Source: Candidatus Paraprochloron terpiosi LD05 (lineage in GTDB: Bacteria > Cyanobacteriota > Cyanobacteriia > Cyanobacteriales > Prochloraceae). From it: DNA of 64,000 nucleotides. Positions 28,566 to 39,096 of this stretch are shown one piece after another (position 1 is the first letter of the stretch; each line of letters opens with the position of its first letter). The stretch covers positions 2,837,261-2,901,260 of the forward strand of contig CP073341.1 in NCBI GenBank assembly GCA_018141785.1, in the 5' to 3' direction. Both the position numbers and the translations under genes were made by a program. The notes under the pieces are model-generated. The model saw nothing but the letters and a program-made list of their open reading frames with translations, did no database searches and had not been told where the DNA came from.

Positions 28566-30185
28566 ATGAATTCAAAGAAGTCCAACGTTAGCGAACATAG
28601 AATGAATACTATACGTCAAAGAATTTTTCAGATAAGAATTGAGGGTTTGTACGTTGTCGGCTTGCTCTTAGCAGCATTGCTCTTATTTGGGATTAATCTG
28701 GGGGATTTACCGCTGCGAGATTGGGATGAAGGTACGGTAGCGCAGGTTGCTCGGGAAATTTCTGACCGGGGGGATTTTCAAAGCTTGCTTTTTCCCACTT
28801 TGGGTGGACAACCTTATCTAAATAAGCCTCCCCTGGTCCACGGATTGATTGCTCTTACCTATGCTCTGGCTGAGGTAAATGAATGGACTACTCGCTTACC
28901 CGGAGCATTGCTCACGGCAGTTTCCGTGCCATTGCTTTATGCTATGGGTCGGGAAATTTTTCCCAGACGCAGGAGCGCATTGTTCTCTGCTTTAACTTAT
29001 TTAACTTTATTGCCAGTAGTGCGTCACGGACGTTTGGCGATGCTGGATGGGGCAGTGCTTTGTTTTGCCATCTTGATGTTTTTGTGTATCCTGAAGTGCC
29101 GCCGAGATTTGCGTTGGTCTTTAGGAGTGGGACTTAGTTTTGGCGCTTTGTGTTTGACCAAGGGAATGATGGGATTGCTCTTGGGAGCCATCGCTTTGTT
29201 ATTTCTAGTATGGGATACTCCCAGACTGCTGACTTCTGTCTATCTTTGGCGTGCGTTGATTTGCGGAAGTATCCCCGTTATTGCCTGGTACGCTGCCCAA
29301 TGGATCCACTATGGAGAGGCTTTTGTTACCACTAGCATTCTCGACCAATCTCTGGAACGAATTTGGACTCCTGTGGAAGGTAATTTGGGGCCGCCCTGGT
29401 ACTATTTGTGGGAATTGGTGAAAAATGGATGGTCTTGGTTACTTTTTTATCTTTACGGACTTCATCTGGCTTGGTGTCATCGTAATTGGAGTTGGGCCAA
29501 GTTAATCCTGATTTGGAGTGGAGTTTATTTTCTGGCTGTTTCCCTCATGGCCACTAAACTTCCCTGGTATATTATGCCCATTTACCCTCCCTTGGCATTA
29601 GCAGTGGGTGGGGTATTGGCTGACGTTTTTAATTGGCCTTCAAACCGATCCTATCCTCGTAGTTGGTTTATCTGGTCAATTTTCTTAGCTGTTACAGCTC
29701 TGGTTGGTTGTATTTACTTTGGTTTTAGTGAAACAACTGACCGTTCTCTGGTGGTAATTCTCGGTGCAATTGCTCTGACTATGGGGGTGGTAGGGGTTCT
29801 CATTGAGCGAAAAGATGCCCAATTTATCGCTGTGATGTTTTGGGGAATGTATATAGCATTGCTACTATTTTTTCTTTCTCCTCACTGGATTTGGGAGTTA
29901 AATGAAGCCTATCCAGTGAAACCAGTTGCTGCCATGATTAAGTTTGGTGTACCTCAAAATCAAGTCGTCTACACTAATTTTGATTATGCTCGTCCTTCCC
30001 TTGATTTCTATAGCCAGCACCGAGTTATTCCCGCCAGTACTGAAGAAATTCAACTGTACTGGCGGTCCTCGGAGCCTTATTTATTGTTAGAAGCTGACAT
30101 TATGGAGCCGCTCCTACCGTTAGAATCAGCTCTAATTATCGGGACGGCTCGACCTAATTGGGTGTTAATAGCCAAAGATAGGTAA
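28566..30185 (+). CDS. ArnT/PMT-like glycosyltransferase family 39 membrane protein
   Basis: 539 aa, multi-TM. PLRDWDEGTVAQVAREI...YLNKPPLVHGLIA motif. Confidence 0.8.
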   Translation: MNSKKSNVSEHRMNTIRQRIFQIRIEGLYVVGLLLAALLLFGINLGDLPLRDWDEGTVAQVAREISDRGDFQSLLFPTLGGQPYLNKPPLVHGLIALTYALAEVNEWTTRLPGALLTAVSVPLLYAMGREIFPRRRSALFSALTYLTLLPVVRHGRLAMLDGAVLCFAILMFLCILKCRRDLRWSLGVGLSFGALCLTKGMMGLLLGAIALLFLVWDTPRLLTSVYLWRALICGSIPVIAWYAAQWIHYGEAFVTTSILDQSLERIWTPVEGNLGPPWYYLWELVKNGWSWLLFYLYGLHLAWCHRNWSWAKLILIWSGVYFLAVSLMATKLPWYIMPIYPPLALAVGGVLADVFNWPSNRSYPRSWFIWSIFLAVTALVGCIYFGFSETTDRSLVVILGAIALTMGVVGVLIERKDAQFIAVMFWGMYIALLLFFLSPHWIWELNEAYPVKPVAAMIKFGVPQNQVVYTNFDYARPSLDFYSQHRVIPASTEEIQLYWRSSEPYLLLEADIMEPLLPLESALIIGTARPNWVLIAKDR

Positions 30186-30408
30186 AGTCAAATAGAAGAA
30201 GGGTCCAGGGTCTGGGGTGAAAGGTCCGGCGGTAGTGGGAAAGAAAGTTTAGAAGTAGGAATTTAGAGAAAGGATATTTCCACCAATCGACCCCATACCC
30301 CTACCCAGACCGCGCGAAAGTGCTTTTCAGATGTATGTTTGACATCCGATGTAATTTGTACGGAGTACAAATCGAAATTCCTACGACCGTCACAGAAGAA
30401 CCAAGTTG

Positions 30409-30804
30409 TTAGGACACCGGAACCGTTTCTTCAGGTTTATCGATTTGCTTCAGATGAATGTGTTTGCGTCCAAGAGTTATTTCAAATTCATCTCCCGCTT
30501 TTAAGCCCATCTTTCTGGTATATGCCGAGCCAATCAGGAGATTGTGGTTAGACTGTACGCTAATGCGATAACTTGCTGAGCGTCCACCCCGTCCACTACC
30601 GTTAGCATTACCGTCTAGCTCAATTCCCTCAGCCGAGATCAGAGCATTCAGGAATTTCATCATATTAACTCGTTCTATCCCGTTCTTGGTAACGGTATAG
30701 TAGCCGCACTCTCTGGCTTTGTCTTCTTTGCTGCGGTTTCCCAGCTCTTTAATTTTTTTGATTAACTCATCGCCAATCAAGGGTTCTGGTTTCTGTTTAG
30801 CCAT
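30409..30804 (-). CDS. Cyanobacterial AbrB-like (cyAbrB) transcriptional regulator
   Basis: 131 aa. The C-terminal SpoVT/AbrB-like domain is YRISVQSNHNLLIGSAYTRKMGLKAGDEFEITLGRKHIHL. Confidence 0.8.
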   Translation of the reverse strand: MAKQKPEPLIGDELIKKIKELGNRSKEDKARECGYYTVTKNGIERVNMMKFLNALISAEGIELDGNANGSGRGGRSASYRISVQSNHNLLIGSAYTRKMGLKAGDEFEITLGRKHIHLKQIDKPEETVPVS

Positions 30805-31567
30805 ATACTTGAGTTGAAACTAATGACTTATCTAGTTTACAACTTTTTTGCAACTGAGCAACTAGTAGTCAAGGCAAGAAAGTTTGAGGTTGCTATCTAT
30901 CTAGCAGACTATATTATAGCCATGAAGTCAAATAAATTTCATTTTTGCGCAAACATCAATATTTTTTTCTCTTGACATAGAGTAAAGGAACCGAGGTAGA
31001 GTAGCTGGAGACTGTAAAACGAGGAAAATGGAGCGAAGCCTTGTGTGAAGTTACTATAGCGTGAAAGCCTTACTGGATATTAGCTTGCAGTCAGGTAATG
31101 CTCCCACATCAGTCACCCTGTCGTCCGCTTGCTGACGGCAAAATTTACCAGCTCCAAATCTTGAAAAATTGCTCATGGAAATGCGTCCTCTTCGGGTGCT
31201 CTCTCACAGGAGCTGGTGCTTGCTCTCAATTATAGCACTACGCAAACAGTTTAAGACATATAAATGGTATCCTAACCCTTTTTTGTACTGCTATAGCAAA
31301 ATTTACCCACACAAATTTCCTCTTTGTCAAATCTTGGCAGCAGTAGGAGAGGAGATTCTACCCCGATTGCGTAAGCAACCGTCAAAGGCGTCCTGACCAT
31401 TCCCCAGTCGGTATTGGGTGACTTGGAGTTTATGGCAGCGGCTAGAACAAAAACTCAAAGAAGCACTATCTTTGTATTACTCTCGGCAGATCTGTACTAT
31501 GATGCCCTTTCGCTGGCAAGCTGCGAGAGGTGAAGACAGTAGCTTTGTGATTTAAATTTTTTTAACG

Positions 31568-31957
31568 ATGACAAAAATGAACAAATCATTGACTTATCAA
31601 GGAGGCTGTCATTGTGGATCTGTCCGCTTCCAAGTAATTTTTGATAAACTGGAAGGTATGGAATGTAATTGCTCGATTTGCAGGAAAAAGGGGTATTTAC
31701 ACGCCATCGTTGCTCCGGACAAATTTACTCTGGTTCGTGGAGGGAATGTTTTGAGTACTTATATCTTCAACACTGGGGTTGCCAAGCACACATTCTGCCG
31801 CATCTGTGGCATTCACCCATTTTACCGACCCCGTTCCCATCCCGAGGCAATCGATGTGAACCTTCGCTGTTTAGATGGGGACGTGCTTTCTCAATTTGAG
31901 ATTAAGTTTTTTGATGGTGTGAATTGGGAAGAAAATATCAATCAAATTAGAGATTAG
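31568..31957 (+). CDS. GFA (glutathione-dependent formaldehyde-activating enzyme-like/CENP-V) family protein
   Basis: 129 aa. GGCHCGSVRF...CNCSICRKKGYLH...FCRICG zinc-binding cysteines. Confidence 0.8.
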   Translation: MTKMNKSLTYQGGCHCGSVRFQVIFDKLEGMECNCSICRKKGYLHAIVAPDKFTLVRGGNVLSTYIFNTGVAKHTFCRICGIHPFYRPRSHPEAIDVNLRCLDGDVLSQFEIKFFDGVNWEENINQIRD

Positions 31958-31974
31958 TATTACAACTCTCGAAA

Positions 31975-32940
31975 ATGTTGACCGCTCCTCGGGGACAGAT
32001 TTTTATTTTGTTGCTAGCTGCAAATCTGGATTATATCATCGGCGATCCGAAAGATTGGCTCCATCCAGTACAAGTAATGGGTTGGATAATTGCTGGTTTT
32101 CGACATGCGATTGCCCAGTTGGCTAAGGAAAAATGGCAGCGACGCACAGCTGGTATTATTCTCGGGCTAGGATTAATTCTTGGGAGTGCCATTGTCGGTT
32201 GGTTAATGGTGAGAGGGGCCGCACTAATTCATCCTTTGTTGGGTATGGTGGTAGAAATAATGCTCCTAGCCAGTTGTTTTGCCGGTCGCAGTTTGCGTCA
32301 AGCAGCAGTGGATGTTCTCGAACCTTTAAATAGGGGATTAATAGAAAGAGCACGTTCTCAATTAAGTCAATATGTCAGTCGGGACACGGCTAATTTACCA
32401 GAGTCGGAAATCCTCCGTGCTGTTCTGGAAACGGTCGCTGAAAATACCACCGATGGAGTAACTGCTCCTTTATTTTATGCCATTATGGGGGCATTTTTAC
32501 CAGGTGTAGGGAGTGTTCCGTTAGCACTAGCTTATAAAGCAGCCAGCACTCTTGATTCCACAGTTGGCTACCGGAAAGAACCATTCAGGGATTTGGGTTG
32601 GTTTAGCGCCCAATTAGAAGATCGTCTCACCTGGCTACCCTGCCGTTTAACTGTTTTAACTTTGGCAATTATATCCGGAAAACCTAAACAAGTTTGGGCT
32701 CTTTGCTGTCGGGATGCCATCGCAGATGCCAGTCCTAATTCCGGTTGGAGCGAATGTGCTTATGCTGCTATTTTGAAAGTTCAATTAGGTGGGAAAAACG
32801 TTTATGGAGAAGTGATTGACAATAAACCTTTGTTAGGCGATCCCATAGAGCCAATTATGCCGGAAAAAATCTACCAGGCTCTAGGGCTAACTCGAAAAAG
32901 CTTTCTCATTTGGCTAGCAATAGCTTCTATTTGTCTTTGA
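31975..32940 (+). CDS. cobD: Adenosylcobinamide-phosphate synthase CobD/CbiB
   Basis: 321 aa, membrane protein. DPKDWLHPV..., ENTTDGVTAPLFY, SPNSGWSE motifs. Confidence 0.9.
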   Translation: MLTAPRGQIFILLLAANLDYIIGDPKDWLHPVQVMGWIIAGFRHAIAQLAKEKWQRRTAGIILGLGLILGSAIVGWLMVRGAALIHPLLGMVVEIMLLASCFAGRSLRQAAVDVLEPLNRGLIERARSQLSQYVSRDTANLPESEILRAVLETVAENTTDGVTAPLFYAIMGAFLPGVGSVPLALAYKAASTLDSTVGYRKEPFRDLGWFSAQLEDRLTWLPCRLTVLTLAIISGKPKQVWALCCRDAIADASPNSGWSECAYAAILKVQLGGKNVYGEVIDNKPLLGDPIEPIMPEKIYQALGLTRKSFLIWLAIASICL

Positions 32941-33154
32941 GCCTGTAGAATATGACTCTGCTGTCTCCTGACAAAAGTTTATGTTGAAAATTACAGCTCT
33001 CTATTATACTAAAATAGATGAATTAAGGGCAAGGCAAAGACATGCCGCGCCCTAGAGCTGATAGATCTATTTTTTGAGGGGTGTAGTCAAAACCTGTTGG
33101 TAAAATGTCGATTTTTTGTCACGAGACTCTATTAACTACTTTGAATCGCAATCT

Positions 33155-33481
33155 TTATTTGAGATGTTTTTCTAAGGTATCAGCCAAAGTGTTTTTTGGA
33201 ACTGCACCCACTACCATATCTACCTTTTGACCGCCTTTAAAAATTATGAGAGTGGGAATGCTGCGAATTCCGTATTGACCTGCAGTACTTGGATTATCAT
33301 CCGTATTGAGTTTTAATACTTTAACCTTACCCTCGTATTGTTGGGCAATTTCCTCTACTACAGGGGCAACCATTCGACATGGGCCGCACCAGGGAGCCCA
33401 AAAATCGACTAGAACGGGACATTCGCTCTCTAAAACTTCTTTCTGAAAAGAAGAATCTGTCACTGGGGCAGTTGCTGACAT
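33155..33481 (-). CDS. trxA: Thioredoxin
   Basis: 108 aa with the [10 protein letters not shown] active site. Confidence 0.95.
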   Translation of the reverse strand: MSATAPVTDSSFQKEVLESECPVLVDFWAPWCGPCRMVAPVVEEIAQQYEGKVKVLKLNTDDNPSTAGQYGIRSIPTLIIFKGGQKVDMVVGAVPKNTLADTLEKHLK

Positions 33482-33792
33482 ACCTATAAATCCTTTATTG
33501 AGCCTGTTTATCTCGAATACTATCAGATTCTATCACAGCCAGAACTCGGCAGGATACAAAAAGAAACCGCCCGAACTATGTCCGGGCGGAGTGTGGTGTG
33601 AGGAGTGAACGGAAACATTTGTCTCCGCTATTTCTATTCTACGCTACAATTCTCGATTTGCTAGCAAAATTAAATTATAGCCCAACGCGGCAGGTGTAGT
33701 TACAACTAAAATTGAGGAACTGTTGATAGGTAATATATCCCAGTAAAATCTGTAAATAGGCTCCCGCGTTGCGCTATAAATTGACAAGACTT

Positions 33793-33835
33793 AGGCGGTC
33801 CGCGAAGCGGATCCGGGCTTTGTCCGGATCTCCTA
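33793..33835. repeat. Structured dispersed repeat (two hairpins in an outer stem)
   Basis: AGGCGGTCCGCGAAGCGGATCCGGGCTTTGTCCGGATCTCCTAC. A related copy lies at 37537..37588. Confidence 0.5.
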
Positions 33836-34475
33836 CCAACATTGATGGAAATGACACAAAAACAAGGACTGAGACTAGCTATAGTAGGGGCGATCCCGGA
33901 GGTATCTGCTTTGCGGCACGCCTTTTTTTCCCTTTCCTTCTTCCTCATCTTACACCGCCATTTTACTTTTTATGTGCGGCTCGATCAAGCGTGAAGTCGT
34001 GGCGTAAGCCACATATAAACTAGGGCCTGGTTTAGCGACTCCTAGTCGTGAAGGCGAAAATCCAAGGGTAATCTAAGTTGGGAAACTAGCTGAAAACCTA
34101 AGGAGATTATTACCGGATCCACTGGAAGTGGAGGTAAAGTCCTCTGAAGTAAGGCGGAAGGAAAGGCTAATAACCAAACCTACATGGTAATAATGACCGA
34201 ACCTTGACAACTGAATGAATTATGAGGGTGAAGAAGCTGGTCCGAATCAGCAGAGAAGAAGTCCCTCCCGCTAAGGAGTAGCGTGAATCCCTATCTGTCC
34301 ACACCGAGGGTTTGTCACCCGGAGTGAAGCTGGAAACAGGGCGCAACCGACGCTTTAGTAAGGTTACTGAGGTAAAGGCGCTAATGGGGAGAACACCGGA
34401 ATGGGCGATTGATTTCCGGCGAAAATCGCGGCATAAGCCAAAATATAACCCGCAGCTGGGGAAAGCAGCCCCCGC

Positions 34476-35741
34476 TATGAAGCAACTGCCGGGAAAAGAA
34501 GCTACGGCTTCAGACCCGGACGCTGTACTGCGGACGCACAACAGCTGATTTTCAACAATCTTAGCAGCCATGCAAATGGTAAGAACAAGCTGGTCTTGGA
34601 AACAGACATCCCTCTTATGCTTCGATGAGATAAGCCATGAGGTTATGCTCAGAGGAGTAGTTTTACCAAAAGAAGCCCTCAAAGGTCTCAAACTTGCTGT
34701 GAAAGCTGGTGTCCGTGGTGAATACCCCTCCAGTATTAAGGGAACTCCCCAAGGTGGTGTCATATCACCATTACTGGCCAATATCGCCCTAGATGGATTT
34801 GAGAATCTAGGGTCAGACCAATGGAAAAGATGTCGCACAAATGGCACTCTCATAAGGGGTATTCGTTACGCGGACGACGCGGTCTTTATCTGTAAACCAG
34901 AAGCCGACACCACGCGGCTAAGGGAAGATATTGACAAATTCTTGGAGTCCAGAGGGCTAAGAATTAATGAAGCTAAGACTAAGGAGAGTAAGGCAACGGA
35001 TGGATTCGATTTCCTGGGATGGCGCTTTCGCGTCAACTCTCGTGGGGTATTTAAATCCACACCGAGTTCCGAGAATTATGCAGACATAAAGGCCAAGGTT
35101 AAAGCAACTCAGGAATTGTGGCGCAACCACGGAAGCTCGTCTGAAAAGGATTGAGTCACAAGTCCGAGGCTGGAGGCAATATCACTCAAACTGCGATATG
35201 GGTAAACACGCCCTATGACCCGCTGCGGATATGGCTATGGCGCAAACTAAGGGCAGAAAAACGCAGGATGGCGACTATGGAAGCAGAGAAAGCACGACGG
35301 CTCGCCACCAAGGGGATTAAGCCTCAAGGGGCGGCCAAACGACAGCTCACCAATGAGCAGATAAAGAAAGCTTTCCCAGCAATCCCCTGGAAAGTCAATG
35401 GCCCCCGGCATTGATTAATGGCGGGGGTCAAAGGTGATGCCTCACCCTACGATGGGAATGTTTCCTATTGGGTTGGCCGGAATTCCAAACTGTACAGTGG
35501 GCCAACCGCTGAAGCAATTAAGCGACAAAAGGGCAAATGTCAGCATTGCAACCGATTGTTTATGGAGATGGATGGAGCCGTGGAGTTGCACCACATAGAT
35601 GGCAACCATAACAACTGGAAACGTAAGAATCTAGTTGCCCTCCACCGAGAGTGTCACCAGGCGCAAGCGATACATCGCAAGCGTATTAAGGACGGTCAAT
35701 GTCAGCGCGCCATAAAGGCATGTGCGGCTCGTTTCCTGTGA
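34476..35741 (+). pseudogene. Family A IEP pseudogene (A7): N-terminally truncated, frameshifted, with a P1 insertion
   Basis: Track ORFs 34570..35154, 35151..35414 and 35418..35741. It carries the ETDIPLMLR/TSLLCFDEI frameshift. PWKVNG[P1]VKGDASP has a stop. The C-terminus ...QRAIKA reads into the next intron's 5' end. Confidence 0.8.
35402..35427. repeat. Mini-palindrome P1 (26 nt, reverse orientation)
   Basis: Exact CCCCCGGCATTGATTAATGGCGGGGG. It replaces the hairpin TGACCAcgtaaTGGTCA of the intact IEP gene. Confidence 0.85.
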
Positions 35742-35954
35742 AGGTCGCGGCGTAAGCCAAACATAAGCAGGAGCCTGGTTACCGGGACATCGTCCGCCGG
35801 AAAGGGAATCCTGTAGTTGTCAAATCCATTACTAATAGTACCTCAAAGGAAGTTCTACCTGTCTTTTCTAAGGCAGCTGAGAAGCCTACACCCGGTGTAG
35901 GAGCGTCACATTCCATCATGTAGACACCACGCTGTCGGGGTATGGAGCAACCTA

Positions 35955-35982
35955 ACACCGAAGGTGCCGCCGAAGGCGTCCC
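35955..35982. repeat. Mini-palindrome P2
   Basis: ACACCGAAGGTGCCGCCGAAGGCGTCCC, at the same family-C site as 25032..25059. Confidence 0.75.
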
Positions 35983-36430
35983 GGATGAATCTAATTATTG
36001 CGAAACCTCCACTAGGTCGGCACAAGCCTTAGGGAACCAGTAATGGGAGCCAAGGTCAAACGCTTGGCAGCTAAGGCGTTAGCCAAAAGAACGGTCAGAG
36101 AGCCAAGGTCAAACGCTTGCAAAGGCTGCTATTACGCAGCCGGGCAGCCAAAGCGCTAGCTGTACGTCAGGTAACACAACTTAACACCGGGAAAGAGACC
36201 CAGGAGTAGATGGTAAAACCGCAATGACCACAAAGGAGCGGCTAACTCTATGCCAGGAGCTTCATCAAAAGTGGGAAGTGTGGCGGCACAAGAAGCTCAG
36301 GAGAGTCAACATCCCAAAGTCGAATGGGAAAACCAGAGGATTAGGTATCCCGATGATAGCTGATAGAGCGTGGCAATGTTTGCTGAGGCTATTCTCAGAA
36401 GGAGAGTCGAAAGACGATGAAATTGGGGAG

Positions 36431-36456
36431 CCCCCGGCATTGATTAATGGCGGGGG
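36431..36456. repeat. Mini-palindrome P1 (26 nt)
   Basis: Exact copy. It replaces the 5' half of the family-E domain V (compare the intact GAGCCGTGTGCGGTGAGAATCGCACGCACGGTTCT near 47720). Confidence 0.85.
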
Positions 36457-36715
36457 TGAAAGTCGCACGCACGGTTCCTTCGAAGAGGGTCGCTTTGATA
36501 ACAGAGTACTCTACTTCAACTCTTCTTACTACCAGGGTTTGAAGACCTGAAAGTGGTTTAAAATTGAGGTTGGTAATGTTTGCCCACTGACGTCCAATTC
36601 ACAATTCTTGGCTAATTTATTCAAGCTGCTTTCTATCCGCCGCCAATCTGGTTTCATGTCAACCACAATAATGCTGGAGCTATGCTTTTTGTAGATTAAC
36701 TCACTGGGCAATAAA

Positions 36716-37321
36716 ATGGAGCGAGAAAAATTAAAATCGAGACAAGTCATTTTAGTCACTGGTGCAGCTCGTTCCGGGAAAAGCGAGTGGGGAGAAACAC
36801 TGGCACGAGAAACTGGCAATCAAGTAGTTTACGTGGCCACAGCCCGAGTTGATGAAGTTGACCCAGAATGGCAGGCACGAATTACTAAACATCGCTGTCG
36901 GCGACCTCCTAGCTGGCAGACATTGACCGTTCAGGAAGCATTACCAGCAACTATTGAGACAGGATTGCCTACACATTGCCTGTTGGTGGATTCTCTCGGC
37001 ACTTGGGTGGCTAATTTACTTTCCAACGATGAAGATACTTGGGAGAAGATTGTTGCCCAATTGCTGGCCAGCTTGCAAACACCGGGAGCTGATACTATCT
37101 TGGTAGCTGAGGAAACTGGTTGGGGTGTTGTACCTGCTTATCCTGCTGGTCGAAAATTTAGAGATCGGTTGGGAATGCTCGTCCGTCGTATTGGGGCGAT
37201 CGCTGATCCGGTTTATCTCGTCACTGGTGGTCGCGTTCTCAATCTCAGTCTTTTAGGACAACCTTTATCACGTACCATGACAGTTACCAGCTCCTTCCGA
37301 ACAAAAACGCCCCAAAAATAG
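36716..37321 (+). CDS. cobU: Bifunctional adenosylcobinamide kinase/adenosylcobinamide-phosphate guanylyltransferase
   Basis: 201 aa. P-loop VTGAARSGKSEWGE, and ...VLVAEETGWGVVPAY. Confidence 0.9.
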   Translation: MEREKLKSRQVILVTGAARSGKSEWGETLARETGNQVVYVATARVDEVDPEWQARITKHRCRRPPSWQTLTVQEALPATIETGLPTHCLLVDSLGTWVANLLSNDEDTWEKIVAQLLASLQTPGADTILVAEETGWGVVPAYPAGRKFRDRLGMLVRRIGAIADPVYLVTGGRVLNLSLLGQPLSRTMTVTSSFRTKTPQK

Positions 37322-37536
37322 AAACTGGTAGGGGTGTGGGGTGGGGGAGGGAGATGGGGAGATTGGGACATTTATTGTAGGCGATCGCCTACAATAAAGA
37401 TTTAAAACAGCCTGCATCCCCTGTCCTGTAAATCTTTTAGTCGTCTGGTTTTAAATTTAAGTTTCTGGATAGTAAGCAGTTACCAGTAAGCAATTACCAG
37501 TTATAAGTTCCCAAGGACAACTATATGGTATGATTA

Positions 37537-37588
37537 AGGCGGTCTGCGCTACCGCGCAGATCCGGGCAAAGCCCGGGTCGCCCCCTAC
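37537..37588. repeat. Structured dispersed repeat (two hairpins in an outer stem)
   Basis: AGGCGGTCTGCGCTACCGCGCAGATCCGGGCAAAGCCCGGGTCGCCCCCTAC. Related to 33793..33835. Confidence 0.5.
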
Positions 37589-37620
37589 TAACACTCTTGT
37601 CATCTTTTCATATACTATGG

Positions 37621-38580
37621 CTAATCCTGAGTCCGTGAAACTTCCTTGTTTCTTCGTCTGGGGACTTCATAGGTAAAGAAATCATAAGCAAGTTTAGTCT
37701 GGGGAAAAATCGCCCTTGCCTCTTGCTTCAAGTTATCTAAAGTTAACACATTTCCCGGAGCATAGCGAGGACTAAAATGAGAGATAATTAATTTTCTAAC
37801 TTTTGCTGCTAGGGCTACTTGGGCTGCCATAGTGGAGGTAGAATGGAGACGTTCAAAAGCTAGGTTAGCGTCTTGGTCTGCAAAAGTTGCTTCGTGAATC
37901 AAAAGATCTGCGTCTTCTGCTAAGGTTATTGCTTCTTCGCAGAAAACAGTGTCCGTACAATAGGCAATTTTCCGCCCTTCTTCTGGTTCCTCACAGAGAG
38001 CGGCTCCTTTAATGTACCTACCGTCTGGGAGGGTCACATTTTGACCCTGTTTTAGTTGACCATAGATTGGACCGCTGGGAATACCTAAAGCTTTGGCTTT
38101 TTCTACTAAAAATCGTCCCGGTCTGTCTTTTTCCTGGACCCGGTAACCAAAAGCAGGAACCCTGTGTTTAAGGGGAAGACAAGAGACGGTAAAGTCGGAG
38201 TCGGTGAAAATAACTCCCGGTTTGACTTGGTGGACTCTAATGCGATGAGTAAGATTGGTATAGGAGTATTTACAGCAAGCCCAAAGGTATTCTTCTAAAC
38301 CTGCTGGTCCGTAAATGTCCACCTGTTGAGCAGAACCAGCTAAACCGCAGCTTGCCAGCAAACCCATTAAACCAAATATATGGTCTCCGTGCATGTGGGT
38401 GATGAATATTCGCGTAAGTTGGGAAGTTTTGATGTCGCTGCGCAGTAGTTGATGCTGGGTTCCTTCCCCGCAGTCAAATAACCAGCATTCTGCTCTCTGC
38501 GGCAGGCGCAGGACAATGCTGGAAACATTGCGCGATCGCGTCGGTACTCCAGAACTGGTTCCCAAAAACGTTATTTCCAC
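37621..38580 (-). CDS. rnz: Ribonuclease Z
   Basis: 319 aa. MEITFLGTSSGVPT..., the metallo-beta-lactamase HMHGDH motif, and ...ISHFSPRY. Confidence 0.9.
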   Translation of the reverse strand: MEITFLGTSSGVPTRSRNVSSIVLRLPQRAECWLFDCGEGTQHQLLRSDIKTSQLTRIFITHMHGDHIFGLMGLLASCGLAGSAQQVDIYGPAGLEEYLWACCKYSYTNLTHRIRVHQVKPGVIFTDSDFTVSCLPLKHRVPAFGYRVQEKDRPGRFLVEKAKALGIPSGPIYGQLKQGQNVTLPDGRYIKGAALCEEPEEGRKIAYCTDTVFCEEAITLAEDADLLIHEATFADQDANLAFERLHSTSTMAAQVALAAKVRKLIISHFSPRYAPGNVLTLDNLKQEARAIFPQTKLAYDFFTYEVPRRRNKEVSRTQD

Positions 38581-39037
38581 CTTTAACTCCGGATTTGCTG
38601 TTTCACCGTTAAATACGCTTCAAGAACGTACCCTCTTCAATCTTAATACCAAGAGTATGTTTGCCGTTTTCGGAAAAACCACATTTTATGCGGAAAACCG
38701 ATCCCCAAGGTAGTGATAACTAGATTTTTGCTAATAGATTAATGATGTATATTAGTTATGCTAAAAATAATAAATTGTTATATTATGAATAATCTATTTT
38801 CCAATAACCCCTGGTTAATTCCCGTAATACTGATAACGTTATGCCTAACGAAAATATTGCTCGCTAACCCTCAAAGGAATTTGCTTCTGGAGGGAAAGTG
38901 GAAGCAGTTGGTTCTGAAGCTCCAGATATCTCAAGGAGGTACTGGAGCAGGTAGGGCTAAATAAGCGGCGCCACCCGGCGCATTGGATAAAGGGGAGCTA
39001 TTTTGACTTCCCTTTTCTATAAGTATAACTTGAAATG

Positions 39038-39071
39038 AGGCGGTTATAACAACAATCGCCTCTTTTTTTTT
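39038..39071 (+). terminator. Rho-independent terminator-like hairpin with a T9 tract (orphan)
   Basis: GAGGCG-gttataacaacaat-CGCCTC followed by TTTTTTTTT. No annotated plus-strand gene ends here. Confidence 0.5.
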
Positions 39072-39096
39072 CATATTGACTCGCTTTGAGAAAGTT

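Larger units (their letters stand above)
33974..36520 (+). mobile_element. Plus-strand mosaic of group II intron pieces
   Basis: Segments in order: D1 5' part 33974..34402; family B 5' piece 34403..34475; family A IEP region 34476..35721; family A 5' piece 35722..~35815; family C internal piece ~35920..36048; family E piece 36049..36520. It starts GTGCGGCTCGATCAAGCGTGAAGTCGTGGCGTAAGCC. Each junction was recognised by colinearity with other copies. It ends with E-type domain VI ...CTCTACTTCAAC. Confidence 0.7.

Noticed and set aside
30970-31200. Possible cobalamin riboswitch upstream of the GFA-cobD genes
   Set aside because: Only a weak AGUCAGG match to the B12 box. There is no GCCACUG core or expected helices, and it lies more than 350 nt from the next start codon.
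34167-34853. 228-aa minus-strand ORF
   Set aside because: It is antisense to the D1/A7 intron mosaic and mirrors the antisense ORFs seen opposite every family A IEP copy (e.g. 23281..23559, 40286..40564, 43612..43905).
36529-36819. 96-aa minus-strand ORF overlapping the cobU start
   Set aside because: Its N-terminal half is antisense to cobU and its C-terminal end runs into the family E intron 3' end. Only a ~40-aa piece (MKPDWRRIESSLNKLAKN...) could be a relic, and I could not identify it.
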